In this document: piece by piece, positions 52,842-63,509 of the stretch | Position numbering within the stretch: position 1 is the stretch's first letter | Layout of the letters: every line of letters begins with the position of its first letter | Source of the DNA: an uncultured Candidatus Saccharibacteria bacterium | GTDB taxonomy: Bacteria > Patescibacteriota > Minisyncoccia > Phycocordibacterales > JACOZG01 | DNA length: 64,000 nucleotides | Direction of reading: 5' to 3' | Assembly: GCA_965230925.1 (NCBI GenBank) | Contig: OZ246403.1 | Coordinates: 3,367 to 67,366 of the forward strand | The notes under the pieces: model-generated | Database searches by the model: none | What the model saw: only the letters and a program-made list of their open reading frames with translations | What the model was told of the DNA's origin: nothing | Translations under genes and position numbers: made by a program

Positions 52842-54606
52842 AGAAAATTTAACTTGGGACCTCTCGCCACTTTTTGCTGGTGACGATGATCCGAAGATTG
52901 AGGAAGCGAAGGCGGCAGCTAAAGCCGCGACGGAAGCGTTTGTGAAGAAGTGGAAAGACAGGGAAGATTATTTAAGCGACCCGGCAATTTTAAAAGAAGC
53001 GCTTGATGAATACGAGAATTGGCAGAGAAATCATGGCTACGCTTCGGCTGTGGGCTTCTATTTTTTTCTCCGACACTCTACCGACCAAAATAATTCTAGT
53101 CTAAAGGCCAAGAATCAACTTAGCCATGACCTTGCGGTTAATTTGGCCAATAAGATCCAGTTTTTCTTGCTGCGAATAGCTAAAATCCCTGAAGGTGAGC
53201 AATCAAAATTCCTAAATTATTCTGATCTAGGGCCGTATAAACATCTTTTGGAGCGCCTCTTTGCTGAAGCCAAGCACACCTTATCGGAAGCAGAAGAAAA
53301 GATTTTAAACCTCAAGGGTGATCCTGCTCACGGTGCCTGGAAGCGTATGACCGAGAGTTTCCTCGCTAAGGAGGAGCGTGATGGTAAAAATTTGGCAGAA
53401 CTAATGAGTTTAGTTGATAGTGAGGACTCGGCGGCGAGAGATCAAGCCGCCGCGTTCCTTAATGATATTTTTCTTAAACATCTAGACACCGGCGAGGCCG
53501 AGCTTAATGCCATTTTGCAAAACAAGAAAGTTGATGATGACCTCAGAGGCTTTACTAGGCCTGATGCTTCTCGTCATCTCTCGGACGACATGGATTCGGA
53601 GGTGGTTGACGCTATGCTTGAAGCGGTGTCTTCGCGTTTTGACCTTTCTGCCCGGTATTACGAGCTTAAGGCCAAACTTTTTGCCGTACCGCGCCTGAAA
53701 TACCATGAAAGAAATATTTCTTATGGCAAACTCAATCAGAAATATCCTTTTGCTGAAAGTGTTGCTTTGGTGGGGCGAGTTTTGGAACGGCTTGATCCCA
53801 AATTTAACCATATTTTCCAACGTTTTTTGGCCAAGCGCCAACTCGATGTTTACCCTAAGAAGGGGAAAGACGATGGCGCGTATTGTGCTTACGAACTCTT
53901 AATTAATCCAACCTATATTTTACTCAACCACACCGAGAGGTTTAGGGACGTGAAGACTCTAGCTCATGAAGTCGGTCATGGCATTAATCATGAGCTCAAC
54001 CGTGAGACGGCAAATGCTTTAAACTTCGGCACGCCCTTGTCTACGGCTGAGGTGGCGAGCACCTTCATGGAAGATTTTGTGCTTGAGGAGTTAATTGCAA
54101 CTGCGGATGAAGAAATGCGTCTCGCCATCATGATGATGAGGTTAAATAGTGAGGTTTCCACAATTTTTCGCCAGGTTGCTTGCTATCGTTTCGAGCAAGA
54201 GCTACATCGCGAAACACGGGCGCAAGGTTATTTGCCCAAAGAGAAAATTGGCGAAGTTTTCCAGAAACACATGAGAAGTTACATGGGTGAAGCGGTGGAG
54301 CAATCGTCAGGAGCCGAGAACTGGTGGTTGTATTGGAGTCATATTCGAAATTTTTTCTATGTTTATAGTTACGCGAGCGGTTTATTAATTTCAAAAGCCA
54401 TGCAAAAAGCGGTGCGGATCGACAAGAAATTTATCGAGAAAGTGAAAGAATTTCTCTCCGCTGGACTTTCTGATTCACCCAAGAATTTGTTTGCGAAAAT
54501 GGGGATTGATATTACTAAACCGGAGTTCTGGCGGGAGGGGTTAATGGAGATAGAAATGCTTCTTGACGAGACCGAAAAGCTGGCCCGCAAACTTAAGAAG
54601 ATTTAA
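52828..54606 (+). CDS. pepF: Oligoendopeptidase F (M3B metallopeptidase)
   Basis: HExxH zinc site LAHEVGHGINHEL. PepF-like N-terminus WDLSPLF. Length about 590 aa. Confidence 0.75.
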   Translation: MSENKENLTWDLSPLFAGDDDPKIEEAKAAAKAATEAFVKKWKDREDYLSDPAILKEALDEYENWQRNHGYASAVGFYFFLRHSTDQNNSSLKAKNQLSHDLAVNLANKIQFFLLRIAKIPEGEQSKFLNYSDLGPYKHLLERLFAEAKHTLSEAEEKILNLKGDPAHGAWKRMTESFLAKEERDGKNLAELMSLVDSEDSAARDQAAAFLNDIFLKHLDTGEAELNAILQNKKVDDDLRGFTRPDASRHLSDDMDSEVVDAMLEAVSSRFDLSARYYELKAKLFAVPRLKYHERNISYGKLNQKYPFAESVALVGRVLERLDPKFNHIFQRFLAKRQLDVYPKKGKDDGAYCAYELLINPTYILLNHTERFRDVKTLAHEVGHGINHELNRETANALNFGTPLSTAEVASTFMEDFVLEELIATADEEMRLAIMMMRLNSEVSTIFRQVACYRFEQELHRETRAQGYLPKEKIGEVFQKHMRSYMGEAVEQSSGAENWWLYWSHIRNFFYVYSYASGLLISKAMQKAVRIDKKFIEKVKEFLSAGLSDSPKNLFAKMGIDITKPEFWREGLMEIEMLLDETEKLARKLKKI

Positions 54607-54661
54607 CTCGAACTTATCCCCATTTGTTAGGATTTTTTCTCGGTAAAAGAGCTTAGTTTTT

Positions 54662-54670
54662 TGCTATAAT
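54662..54670 (+). promoter_or_regulatory. Extended -10 element TGcTATAAT 21 nt upstream of the ATG of the second giant fibre gene
   Basis: Sequence TTGCTATAAT at 54661-54670. Confidence 0.3.
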
Positions 54671-54691
54671 TTAGGTCACAACTGAATATTG

Positions 54692-57600
54692 ATGAAGAGG
54701 TTTTTAGCCAAGAATATTTTTCTGTGTTTGGCAATCTGCGTCTTCGCTCTCGTGCTTACTCTTTTTCCGAGCAGGCAACTTTTTGCTGCTCCAAATTTAC
54801 AAATTAATTATCAAGGCAAGCTTACAGACTCAAGCGATGTGGCTGTTGCTGACGGTAATTACAGCATCGTTTTCCGCCTTTATACCGTAGCGAGCGGCGG
54901 ATCAAATATTTGGAGTGAGACTCAAACTGTGGCCGTAACCAACGGTCTTTTCAGTGTAATGCTTGGCACAACCACCAGTCTTGCGGCAATCGACTTCAAT
55001 CAAACCCTTTATCTTGGGGTAAATGTGGCCGCCGATGGCGAAATGACTCCACGAAAAGTTTTTGGCACGGTGCCAGCCGCTTTCGCTTCCACTTTTGTCA
55101 GCGGCTCAACCTCCACCCCATCATCTTTTGGCACCACCACGCCCATTGCTAATACTCAAGTAACCATTGAGGCCACCTCAACGACCGCGATTCCGTTAAA
55201 TATTAGAGCAAACGCTAGTCAATCAGCGAACTTGTTCCAAATTCAAAACGCCTCAGCATCCAATCTTCTTTATGTTAATTCTTCTGGTGGTTTGTTCGCC
55301 TCTTCCACCCTTCAAGTTACTGGCAATAGCACCTTTTATTCCTCAATCACTGGAACAAGTTTGACCCTTAGCGCCACCGGCACCGCCGCCTCCCTTGGTG
55401 TGGGTACTACCACTCCTTGGGGGCGCTTCTCAGTGGAGCTAGATACTTATAATCCCGCTTTTGTGGTTTCTAACCAAGGTTCTTCAACGCCAACGCTTTA
55501 CATCGGTGGTGTAAACCAGAATGGCAATATCGGCATTGGCACCACGACACCAAGCGAGAAGCTCGCCCTCTATGATGGTAATTTCCTCCAATCACCAGGT
55601 AATCCGCGTCTTGTTGGAACAATAACGAGCAGCAATACCAACATGAACGATGTGGCTGTGCAGGGAAAATATGCCTACGCAATTAGCGGCACAAGCCGGC
55701 TCTATGTTTACGATGTGTCTAATTCTGCGTCCCCGGCGCTTGTTGGTTCTTCCGCCGCTTTGGCTGGAGATGCTGTGGTTGTGGCTGGGCGTTATGCGTA
55801 TACAGTCGATGCATCGGGGGGCACTTTTAGAATCTTTGATGTTTATAATCCAAGTAACCCCGTTCTTGTTTCTTCTCTTTCTACTGGTGCTTTTTCTTCA
55901 CCGCGGGATCTTGTGGTTTCTGGTTCCTATGCTTATGTTGGGGCTTCTGGTGGACTTATGATTATCAACGTAGGGAACCCCGGAAAACCAGTTACTGTTG
56001 CTACGGCCGCCGCCGGTGCCGACATTGATAATGTGAGAATCCAGGGTAATTATGTTTACCTTTACGATGATGGTTCTGGGGGAACAAACATTATTGATGT
56101 TTCTAACCCAACTAATCCATCGTACATTACTCAGATCGGCACAGCTTCAACCCACGATGTTTCAGGGCGTTATTTTTATGTCGCGGACGATGTTAGCCAG
56201 CAATTCCAGATTTATGATATCTCTAATCCCGCTTCTGCTTCTTTGGTTGGTTCGATAAGTAGTGCCGTAAGTTCAACAGCGCACAACGGAGAACTCATTG
56301 TGGCTGGTCGTTACGTTTACCTTGCTGACCCTGGTAATGACACGATAAAAGTTTTTGACGTGGCTTCCTCCACGGCCCCGGTTCTTGTTGGCTCAACCAG
56401 CGTCACTGGAACTGATTCCCTATCTCTCGCGGTGGCGGGGCGCCATCTCTATGTTCTCAACGACAACTCCGCTGCCAATACCAGCCTTTCCATTTTTGAT
56501 ATTTCCGGTGTTGAAGCCGCTTCGCTTACGGCGCACTCTCTTGAAGCGGGTCGTCTGCAAGTTCGAGAATCGGCCGCCATTCAAGGTTCACTTTCTGTTA
56601 GCACTTCGCTACAAGTTGGAACCGGCGGCATCTTCAGTGCCGGACCAATTGCTGTTAGTGTGGCCTCTTCTACCGAGGGTAGCCCCGTTTCGGCCTCCTT
56701 CCAGGGTCGAGTTTCAATAGGCACTTCAACCCCGTCTTCAATTTTAACTATTTGGGGGCAAAGTACTGGCTCGACCCCTAATCTCATTATTGCCAATAGC
56801 GCTTCCACCACTCTGTTCACGGTTTTAGACAGTGGTAATGTCGGCATCGGCACTACCTCTCCTTACGCTAAGCTGTCGGTGTTAGGAGAAACAGTGTCGA
56901 CTTATTTTACCGCCACCTCTACTACGGCAACATCTACCTTCGCTGGCGGTTTAAGTGTGGGTACTAATTCTAGTGTTGCCAATTTTACTTTGTCTAATGC
57001 AATTGACAATAGTTTTCCTGTCGCTTTTATCTACCGCAGTGATTCTGGGCAAGATGTTGGCATTGACGAGGAACTTGGGGCGATTTATTTCGATAGTAAT
57101 GATGGTGGAGTAAGTTCCGTTGACGCTTCTGTCGTTCTAAAAAGTTTTGCTTCTGGTGGCCACACCACAACCAGAAAAGGTGGGTATTTCACTATTTCAA
57201 CCAAGCCATACGGAGCGTCAAATAATGCTTCTGCTGCTACCGAGAGGTTTAGAATTACTGATACTGGCAGTGTTGGTATCGGCACTACCTCTCCTTACGC
57301 TAAACTTTCAGTGGTTGGTCCGGTCGTTGCCGAATATTTTCATGCTACTTCTACTACCGCCACCTCCACTTTCAGTGGGGCTATCGCCTTGCCTGCCACC
57401 ACGGCTGCTGGCGCCGGAGTCGTTACTGTTGCTGGGACAAGGTTTTTGCATAATTACGGTACGGGTAGTGTGTTTTTGGGCTCCGAGGCCGGGAATCTTA
57501 CTAGTAGCGGTTTTGGGCAAAACGTTGGTGTTGGTTACCAGTCCCTAACCCAAGTAACTACAGGATATCAAAACACTGCCGTTGGCTATGATTCCATGTC

Positions 57601-59992
57601 TGGAATTTCTACCCATCAGGGGAATACGGCAATTGGTACCGGATCAATGAGTGGTTATACCGGGTCTGGTAGTGTTGCCGTTGGCTTGTCGGCCCTCTCC
57701 TCTGCTTCTGGTAACAACAACATAGCGATTGGTTCTACTTCGCTTAATTCTAATTCGGGGACTAATAATATTGGTCTCGGTACTAGTATTTTTACTACCA
57801 ACACAGGCTCCTACAATATTGGTTTGGGAGAAAACGTGTTGGACACTAATTCCGGCTCTAGAAACATTGCCATCGATGGCCTTGTTACTGGTTTTGGAAA
57901 CAGTGGTTCTTATAACCTTGCTCTTGGTGAGGGCTCTCTTAGCACTTCTGCTACACAGTCAGGTTCCTTCAATATCGCCTTGGGGGCAAACGCACTAAAC
58001 GCAAACACAAGTGGCGCGAGCTCTACGGCCATTGGTTACTACGCCCTTGGGGCCAACACCACGGGTGCCTCCAGTACGGCTGTGGGTATTAATGCCGGTC
58101 GAATCAACACCACCGGTAGCAAACTTACCTTTCTCGGCGCAAACTCGGGCTATACCGGTTCTTCTGACGGTCTCACCAATGCCACGGCTATTGGCTTCAA
58201 CGCGCAAGTTACGCGGAGTAATAGTGTAATTCTTGGTGGCACCGGCTCCGATCAGGTTAATGTTGGTATCGGCACCACTTCTCCTTACGCTCGACTCTCG
58301 GTGGTTGGGGAAACTGTTTCTAGTTATTTTACAGCCACATCAACGAGCAACAATTCTTCCTTTGCTGGTAATGTCGGCGTCGGTACCACCTCACCTTATG
58401 CCAATTTGTCAGTTTCTACTTCTGATACTACCGATGATATCGCGGTTATTTACGGTTCCTCCCTTACCACTGGCTCTGCTCTTGTGCTCAACGGTCCCTC
58501 CGATGCCACGGCGGGGGTTACCGATTCTTTGTTTAAGGTGAGCGGGGATGTTGGCACCACTACCAGCACTGGACTTATAAGTTCCAACGCCATATTCGAC
58601 AACAACTCCAACTATTCTACTTCAATTAACATTTTTGCTTCTACTACGAACACCATGTCCGGTGCAACCAACGTCGGGTCGGGCGCCTACGGTATTTATA
58701 ATTCCATAAATTCTACGGCCACAGACTACCCAAGTCTCGCCGTTATTAGACAGTACGGCATATTTAGTTCTAGTACCAAGTATGTTGATGATGATTCTGT
58801 TAATTTTAATAATTACGCTGTTTATGGTACAGCCACTAACCTAAACGAAAGTGGTGGCAATCCTTATGCTTATGGCGGTTACTTTACCGCTCTCAACGAT
58901 ACGGGCGGCACTGAATCTCGGGCATATGGTGTTTATGCTGATGGCTCTGGTGGGGACACAAATTACGGTCTTTATGCCGTGGCTTCCGGTGCCGGTAGCA
59001 ATAATTATGCTATCTATGCTACTGCCTCCGACGCTACCAACAATTATGCTGGCTATTTCAATGCCGGAAATGTTTATGTAAATAGTGGCAACCTTGGAGT
59101 CGGCACTAGTTCACCGTGGCGGAAGTTGTCGGTAGACGGGACGGTTGGCTTTGCTAATTTAACCACCAATGTGGGTGCAGCAGCCGCTTCTCTTTGCCTG
59201 TCTTCTACTAATGAGGTTACCCGAAACACAGAGAACGAAACTTGCCTTACTTCTTCAGAGCGCTATAAACACAACATTGAGTCTTTGGCGGCCGGGTCCG
59301 CTCTAGAGACCTTGCTTCAGTTGCGTCCTGTTACTTTTGAATACAACAATGCTCCCGGAACAAGATATGGTCTCATTGCCGAAGAGGTTGAAGATGTTGA
59401 TGACTTGCTTGTCAGTTACGACGATGAGGGTTTGGCTCATGGTGTTCGCTATGTGACCATGGTCCCTCTCCTTACTCAAGCAATCCAAGAACTTTCAGCT
59501 CGTTTGGATGAGAATATTGCTGGGGGTCAGATTAATCCAGTAATTATGAGTAGTAACTTTGACCCAGACAACCTGGTTGCCCTACGTCAGGCTGCTGGGA
59601 ATTGGAGCCTTGATGAGAATGGTTTGTTGTTTGTGAAAGAGGTTCATGCGGAGAAGTTGTGTCTTGGTGACGTGTGTGTAGATGAGAGTGATTTGCGTTC
59701 GCTCTTGCGCAAGAATGATTTACTCGATGAAGATAACGAGAATCATGGTGGTAACAACGAAGAGGAGGAACCTGAACAGAATGAAGATATTGATGATGAA
59801 GAAAATGATGAGGAGGAACCAACAGAAAACGAAGAAGAAAATCAAGATGAACCAGAAGTGATCGAAGAACCAGAGGTAACAGAAGAACCGGCCGATGATC
59901 CGCCGGCAGAAGATGAGACTCCGAGCGAACCAGATCCGGAGCCTGAACCAGAACCTGAGCCCGAGTTGCCGGAAGGAGACGGTGGGGTATAA
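54692..59992 (+). CDS. Giant secreted fibre/adhesin protein 2 (about 1766 aa). It shares an N-terminal domain with 248..10894. It contains LVIVD-type beta-propeller repeats (about 55600..56520) and phage tail-fibre-like Gly/Asn-rich repeats (about 57420..58230). A C-terminal peptidase S74 intramolecular chaperone domain (about 59200..59500) is followed by an acidic E/D/P-rich tail.
   Basis: Signal peptide present. NYQGKLTDSS...FGTTTPIANTQVTIEATSTTAIPL...ANLFQIQNASASNLLYVNSSG is shared with giant 1. SSERYKHNIESL...LIAEEVEDVDDLLV...MVPLLTQAIQEL forms the chaperone domain. PEPEPEPEPE tail. Confidence 0.85.
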   Translation: MKRFLAKNIFLCLAICVFALVLTLFPSRQLFAAPNLQINYQGKLTDSSDVAVADGNYSIVFRLYTVASGGSNIWSETQTVAVTNGLFSVMLGTTTSLAAIDFNQTLYLGVNVAADGEMTPRKVFGTVPAAFASTFVSGSTSTPSSFGTTTPIANTQVTIEATSTTAIPLNIRANASQSANLFQIQNASASNLLYVNSSGGLFASSTLQVTGNSTFYSSITGTSLTLSATGTAASLGVGTTTPWGRFSVELDTYNPAFVVSNQGSSTPTLYIGGVNQNGNIGIGTTTPSEKLALYDGNFLQSPGNPRLVGTITSSNTNMNDVAVQGKYAYAISGTSRLYVYDVSNSASPALVGSSAALAGDAVVVAGRYAYTVDASGGTFRIFDVYNPSNPVLVSSLSTGAFSSPRDLVVSGSYAYVGASGGLMIINVGNPGKPVTVATAAAGADIDNVRIQGNYVYLYDDGSGGTNIIDVSNPTNPSYITQIGTASTHDVSGRYFYVADDVSQQFQIYDISNPASASLVGSISSAVSSTAHNGELIVAGRYVYLADPGNDTIKVFDVASSTAPVLVGSTSVTGTDSLSLAVAGRHLYVLNDNSAANTSLSIFDISGVEAASLTAHSLEAGRLQVRESAAIQGSLSVSTSLQVGTGGIFSAGPIAVSVASSTEGSPVSASFQGRVSIGTSTPSSILTIWGQSTGSTPNLIIANSASTTLFTVLDSGNVGIGTTSPYAKLSVLGETVSTYFTATSTTATSTFAGGLSVGTNSSVANFTLSNAIDNSFPVAFIYRSDSGQDVGIDEELGAIYFDSNDGGVSSVDASVVLKSFASGGHTTTRKGGYFTISTKPYGASNNASAATERFRITDTGSVGIGTTSPYAKLSVVGPVVAEYFHATSTTATSTFSGAIALPATTAAGAGVVTVAGTRFLHNYGTGSVFLGSEAGNLTSSGFGQNVGVGYQSLTQVTTGYQNTAVGYDSMSGISTHQGNTAIGTGSMSGYTGSGSVAVGLSALSSASGNNNIAIGSTSLNSNSGTNNIGLGTSIFTTNTGSYNIGLGENVLDTNSGSRNIAIDGLVTGFGNSGSYNLALGEGSLSTSATQSGSFNIALGANALNANTSGASSTAIGYYALGANTTGASSTAVGINAGRINTTGSKLTFLGANSGYTGSSDGLTNATAIGFNAQVTRSNSVILGGTGSDQVNVGIGTTSPYARLSVVGETVSSYFTATSTSNNSSFAGNVGVGTTSPYANLSVSTSDTTDDIAVIYGSSLTTGSALVLNGPSDATAGVTDSLFKVSGDVGTTTSTGLISSNAIFDNNSNYSTSINIFASTTNTMSGATNVGSGAYGIYNSINSTATDYPSLAVIRQYGIFSSSTKYVDDDSVNFNNYAVYGTATNLNESGGNPYAYGGYFTALNDTGGTESRAYGVYADGSGGDTNYGLYAVASGAGSNNYAIYATASDATNNYAGYFNAGNVYVNSGNLGVGTSSPWRKLSVDGTVGFANLTTNVGAAAASLCLSSTNEVTRNTENETCLTSSERYKHNIESLAAGSALETLLQLRPVTFEYNNAPGTRYGLIAEEVEDVDDLLVSYDDEGLAHGVRYVTMVPLLTQAIQELSARLDENIAGGQINPVIMSSNFDPDNLVALRQAAGNWSLDENGLLFVKEVHAEKLCLGDVCVDESDLRSLLRKNDLLDEDNENHGGNNEEEEPEQNEDIDDEENDEEEPTENEEENQDEPEVIEEPEVTEEPADDPPAEDETPSEPDPEPEPEPEPELPEGDGGV

Positions 59993-60022
59993 TATCAGCA
60001 GTAATAAATTATTCAAATAACT

Positions 60023-61117
60023 ATGAATGATATGAACATAAAACAATTACCAGCCTTGTTTGTTACGGCGGGCTTACTAATTTTGGTTATTTTTTCGGTC
60101 GGAAGAGCTTCTAGTCCTATCCCAGAAGATTCCCCCTATGGGGCGGCCGTTTCTGAAATAAACGCATCCAATAAAGACGTGCTTTCTCCGGCCAATTATT
60201 CATACTTACCGCCGGGCACAAACAATCAAACTTTGCGTCACAATGGTCGTGGATGGGTCAGTTCTAGTAATCTTTCTAATGACGGTAGAAATGTTTCTTT
60301 GACAGGGAACTTGTTTCTTCCTAATACGACCACTGATGGCGAGGGAACGGATCTTTCCGGTGTAATCAAGGTGGGTGGTAGCCGGTTTCTTCATTCTTAC
60401 GGATCAGAAAACACTTTTTTGGGTATAAATGCTGGAAATTTTGGCATGGTTGGTGGCGGAAATACCGCCATTGGAACCAATGTTTTGTCCCAAAACAATT
60501 TTGGTGGTAGTAATACGGCGGTCGGGGCCCTTTCTTTGAGTGAAACTTCGGGCGGGGACAGGAACTCAGCCTTTGGATATCGCGCCTTGAAAAAAACTGG
60601 TGGTTTAGCCAATTCTGCGTTTGGTGCTTATGTCATGGAATCAAATGTGACCGGTAGCGAAAACACCGCCATGGGTGAACGTGCTTTGTATTTAAATGTT
60701 AACGGCAGTGGAAACACCGCTGTAGGTAAAAGGTCCTTGAATGTAAATTTGGGGGATATGAATACTGCCGTCGGTCATCATTCTGGGCTATCCAATAATG
60801 GGGGAAGTAAAAATACTTTTTTGGGCTATGGAGCAGGGGCTAGCTCTGCTTCTAACCTAATAAACGCCACAGCAATTGGTTACAACGCTCAGGTTGAGCA
60901 GAACAACACTCTTGTGTTGGGTGGAACCAGTGAAGATGCGGTGAAGGTTGGTATCGGCACCGCTGTACCTAGAGCCGAACTTGATGTGGTGGGAGAAGTA
61001 AGGATTTCTAGTGTTAGTGGTGATGGAACAGGGAAGTTGCTTTGTGTGAAGCCGGAGGGAACAATCGGCACATGTTCTAATGCTCCAGACACAAGCGGTT
61101 CCTGCTCCTGTAATTAG
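60023..61117 (+). CDS. Shorter paralogous surface protein (364 aa) with an N-terminal anchor or signal and tail-fibre-like Gly/Asn repeats; no chaperone domain
   Basis: VGGSRFLHSYGSENTFLGINAGN...ATAIGYNAQVEQNNTLVLGGTSEDAVKVGIGT parallels VAGTRFLHNYGTGSVFLGSEAGN...ATAIGFNAQVTRSNSVILGGTGSDQVNVGIGT in giant 2. Confidence 0.6.
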   Translation: MNDMNIKQLPALFVTAGLLILVIFSVGRASSPIPEDSPYGAAVSEINASNKDVLSPANYSYLPPGTNNQTLRHNGRGWVSSSNLSNDGRNVSLTGNLFLPNTTTDGEGTDLSGVIKVGGSRFLHSYGSENTFLGINAGNFGMVGGGNTAIGTNVLSQNNFGGSNTAVGALSLSETSGGDRNSAFGYRALKKTGGLANSAFGAYVMESNVTGSENTAMGERALYLNVNGSGNTAVGKRSLNVNLGDMNTAVGHHSGLSNNGGSKNTFLGYGAGASSASNLINATAIGYNAQVEQNNTLVLGGTSEDAVKVGIGTAVPRAELDVVGEVRISSVSGDGTGKLLCVKPEGTIGTCSNAPDTSGSCSCN

Positions 61118-61142
61118 ATTCGTTTTTTAACCCAAAAATAAA

Positions 61143-63509
61143 ATGATGGAAAACAAGCAAATGTTACCAGGCGTAGATGCACCACAAGGCAAAGTTCTTT
61201 TTCTCTTTATTTTGCTTTTCGTTCTCATTCTTGGTACCGGTTTTCTGTTTTCTTCGAAAGGCGGTCAAACTGAAGTGGTGGCGGAGGTGGCGGCAGCCAA
61301 CTTGTCTTTAAATAAGACAGTAGAAGAGGAAAGGGAGTTTTCGGACGAAGAAAAAACCTTAATTGAAATAAGTGGTCAACTTGGAGCAGAAGTTAAGAAA
61401 ACACAGGAGCTTTCAGCGGGTTCTCCTGATAAGAAGGCGGGGGAGAGAGTTGTTGCTGACATGGAGGCAAAGCGTAGAACCCTAATAGACAGTTTGGCGG
61501 ACAATCTTTCACCAGAAGCCATGTTTGCCGTGGCAGACAAAGAAGTGGATGAGGAGGAAATAATTTCTGGCCGGCTTAGCGTGACCTACTTTGATGATTT
61601 TGATAATAATGGTGAAAGTAAGTACGTCTACAAGCTAAAACAAGCCGGGAAGGATCCAATAGAATTAGCCACCATTGTTCCTCTAAAGGCTGAAGCTGGG
61701 TCAACGGTAAGATTGGAAGGATACTATTTCGGAGATCGTTTTTTTGTTGACCCTCGTCTTGATGATCCGATCATTTCTCAACCGATAACCAATCTTGGGG
61801 CCACAGGGGCGCAAAAAACCCTTGCCATCTTGGTAAACTTCGAAGACACGGGACCAGTACCATTCCCCGCAGAAAATGCTCAGGGACTTATTTTCGGGGG
61901 TCAATTTGCTCAGTTTTTTCAAGAACAGTCTTATGGTCGCATTAGCTTCGATGGAAGTGTGGTTGGTTGGTTAACTTTGCCTCGCGCCAGTGATTGCGAG
62001 TGGCCAACCTTTGGTGATGGCGGTGAACTAGATAATATGGTTCTCGCGGCTGTTCCAAACATCGGTGTTTATAACCGAATTATTATTTTGTCTGATCATA
62101 ACTGTGTGAACTCCGGTTTTTCAACCATTGGTAAGGATTTCATTCAATTGGGTAATCAGGAATACCACTTTTCCGTGGCTCAAATTGGGCATCTTACTAC
62201 TTATGACCAGCCCTCTGTTTGGGGTACGCAACCTTTTCCTTGGACCAACTTGGACTACTTACTAAGCCATGAGATGGGTCACAGCCTCGGTCTTTACCAC
62301 GCTAACGGATTAGATTGCCATGAGAGCGCTCTTTACGGTGAGAATTGTGAAAATGTTGAGTATGGCAATCTTTATGATGTTATGGGGGTGGAGGGTTATT
62401 CACTCCACTTCAGTAGTTTTTATAAAGAACGGTTGGGTTGGATCAAGCCGTCGGAGATTTTGACTGTTGACAGGTCTGGTAATTACAAAATAAACAACCT
62501 TGAATCTCTGGCTGGTTACAAGGCGGCAAAACTGAAGGTCCAGGGCCACAATCGCTACCCTTTTTACCTTGAGGCAAGAAGGCCGACCGGGTTTAATGCT
62601 AATCTGGGTGACTCTTCTTTCGTCGGCACTCAATCAGGCTTATTTGTTACTAAGATTATTTCCGACTCAAATCTGTATGAGAATTTTCCCAACTCAATTT
62701 TGGCGTACTTATTAGACCTAAGCCCCACCAGCGCAAGTTGGAATCAAGACATTGAGAACCCCGTTCTAAATAGTTCAATTGGCTTGGTAGATAAGGCCGA
62801 AGGTTTCAAAGTTGGCCCCGTCAGACAGGTTGTTGGAAATCAGGTTATCTTTTCCGTTAGTGTGGGTAATCCGGTTTGCGTTAGAAACAAAGCTTCTTTG
62901 GATGATTTTACTTTCGTTAATAATTTTGCGGCAGGTTCTGAGGGCTTCCTTGAGTTTTCGTTTAGAAACAGAGACTCTTTCTTGTGTGGTGAAGGAGAGT
63001 TCGGGGTAGATGTTGATTACCCTGTTGGCTGGTCAATCTCTAATCTTGATTCCAAGGTTGTTTTGGGTGCTGACCAACTTTCCTTCCAAGAGCCAATCTT
63101 TCAGGTACCGCCAGACACCGTTCCTGGTACTTACAACTTTATTATTAGGGTAACCAATCTTTCGAATAGTTTGGTAAGCACTCTTAATGTTCCCGTTACG
63201 GTTTATACAGCTCCCCAGGCCATGTCCCTCTCTCCAGAGTCTGCTCCAAGTGGTACAACGGTGTTTTTGAACGGTGTTGGTATACCAGAGACTGGTGCTT
63301 ATGTGGTTTTCGAAAACGATCAGGTTTACGCTGGAACCATTGCCCCGGCAATGAGCGATTCCCAGTTAAAAGTTGTGGTTCCGGAAAACGGTTTCGGAGG
63401 TGAATGTCAGTGTGAGATACCTCTACCATCGGGAGAATATACTGTCAAATTCTCTGCTAGTGGCGTTTGGAGCAATCAAATTCCTTTTACTGTAGAGGAA
63501 GGTGATTAA
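61143..63509 (+). CDS. Secreted zinc metalloprotease with a metzincin-type HExxHxxGxxH motif and a C-terminal IPT/TIG-like beta-sandwich domain
   Basis: N-terminal hydrophobic segment. LSHEMGHSLGLYHANG. C-terminal SPESAPSGTTVFLNGVGIPETGAYVVFENDQVYAG resembles IPT/TIG. Confidence 0.55.
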   Translation: MMENKQMLPGVDAPQGKVLFLFILLFVLILGTGFLFSSKGGQTEVVAEVAAANLSLNKTVEEEREFSDEEKTLIEISGQLGAEVKKTQELSAGSPDKKAGERVVADMEAKRRTLIDSLADNLSPEAMFAVADKEVDEEEIISGRLSVTYFDDFDNNGESKYVYKLKQAGKDPIELATIVPLKAEAGSTVRLEGYYFGDRFFVDPRLDDPIISQPITNLGATGAQKTLAILVNFEDTGPVPFPAENAQGLIFGGQFAQFFQEQSYGRISFDGSVVGWLTLPRASDCEWPTFGDGGELDNMVLAAVPNIGVYNRIIILSDHNCVNSGFSTIGKDFIQLGNQEYHFSVAQIGHLTTYDQPSVWGTQPFPWTNLDYLLSHEMGHSLGLYHANGLDCHESALYGENCENVEYGNLYDVMGVEGYSLHFSSFYKERLGWIKPSEILTVDRSGNYKINNLESLAGYKAAKLKVQGHNRYPFYLEARRPTGFNANLGDSSFVGTQSGLFVTKIISDSNLYENFPNSILAYLLDLSPTSASWNQDIENPVLNSSIGLVDKAEGFKVGPVRQVVGNQVIFSVSVGNPVCVRNKASLDDFTFVNNFAAGSEGFLEFSFRNRDSFLCGEGEFGVDVDYPVGWSISNLDSKVVLGADQLSFQEPIFQVPPDTVPGTYNFIIRVTNLSNSLVSTLNVPVTVYTAPQAMSLSPESAPSGTTVFLNGVGIPETGAYVVFENDQVYAGTIAPAMSDSQLKVVVPENGFGGECQCEIPLPSGEYTVKFSASGVWSNQIPFTVEEGD

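Noticed and set aside
54689-60046. Nested and antisense ORFs within the second giant gene and the run of tiny ORFs 55470..59822
   Set aside because: Same reason as above: frame shadows of a long repetitive coding region.
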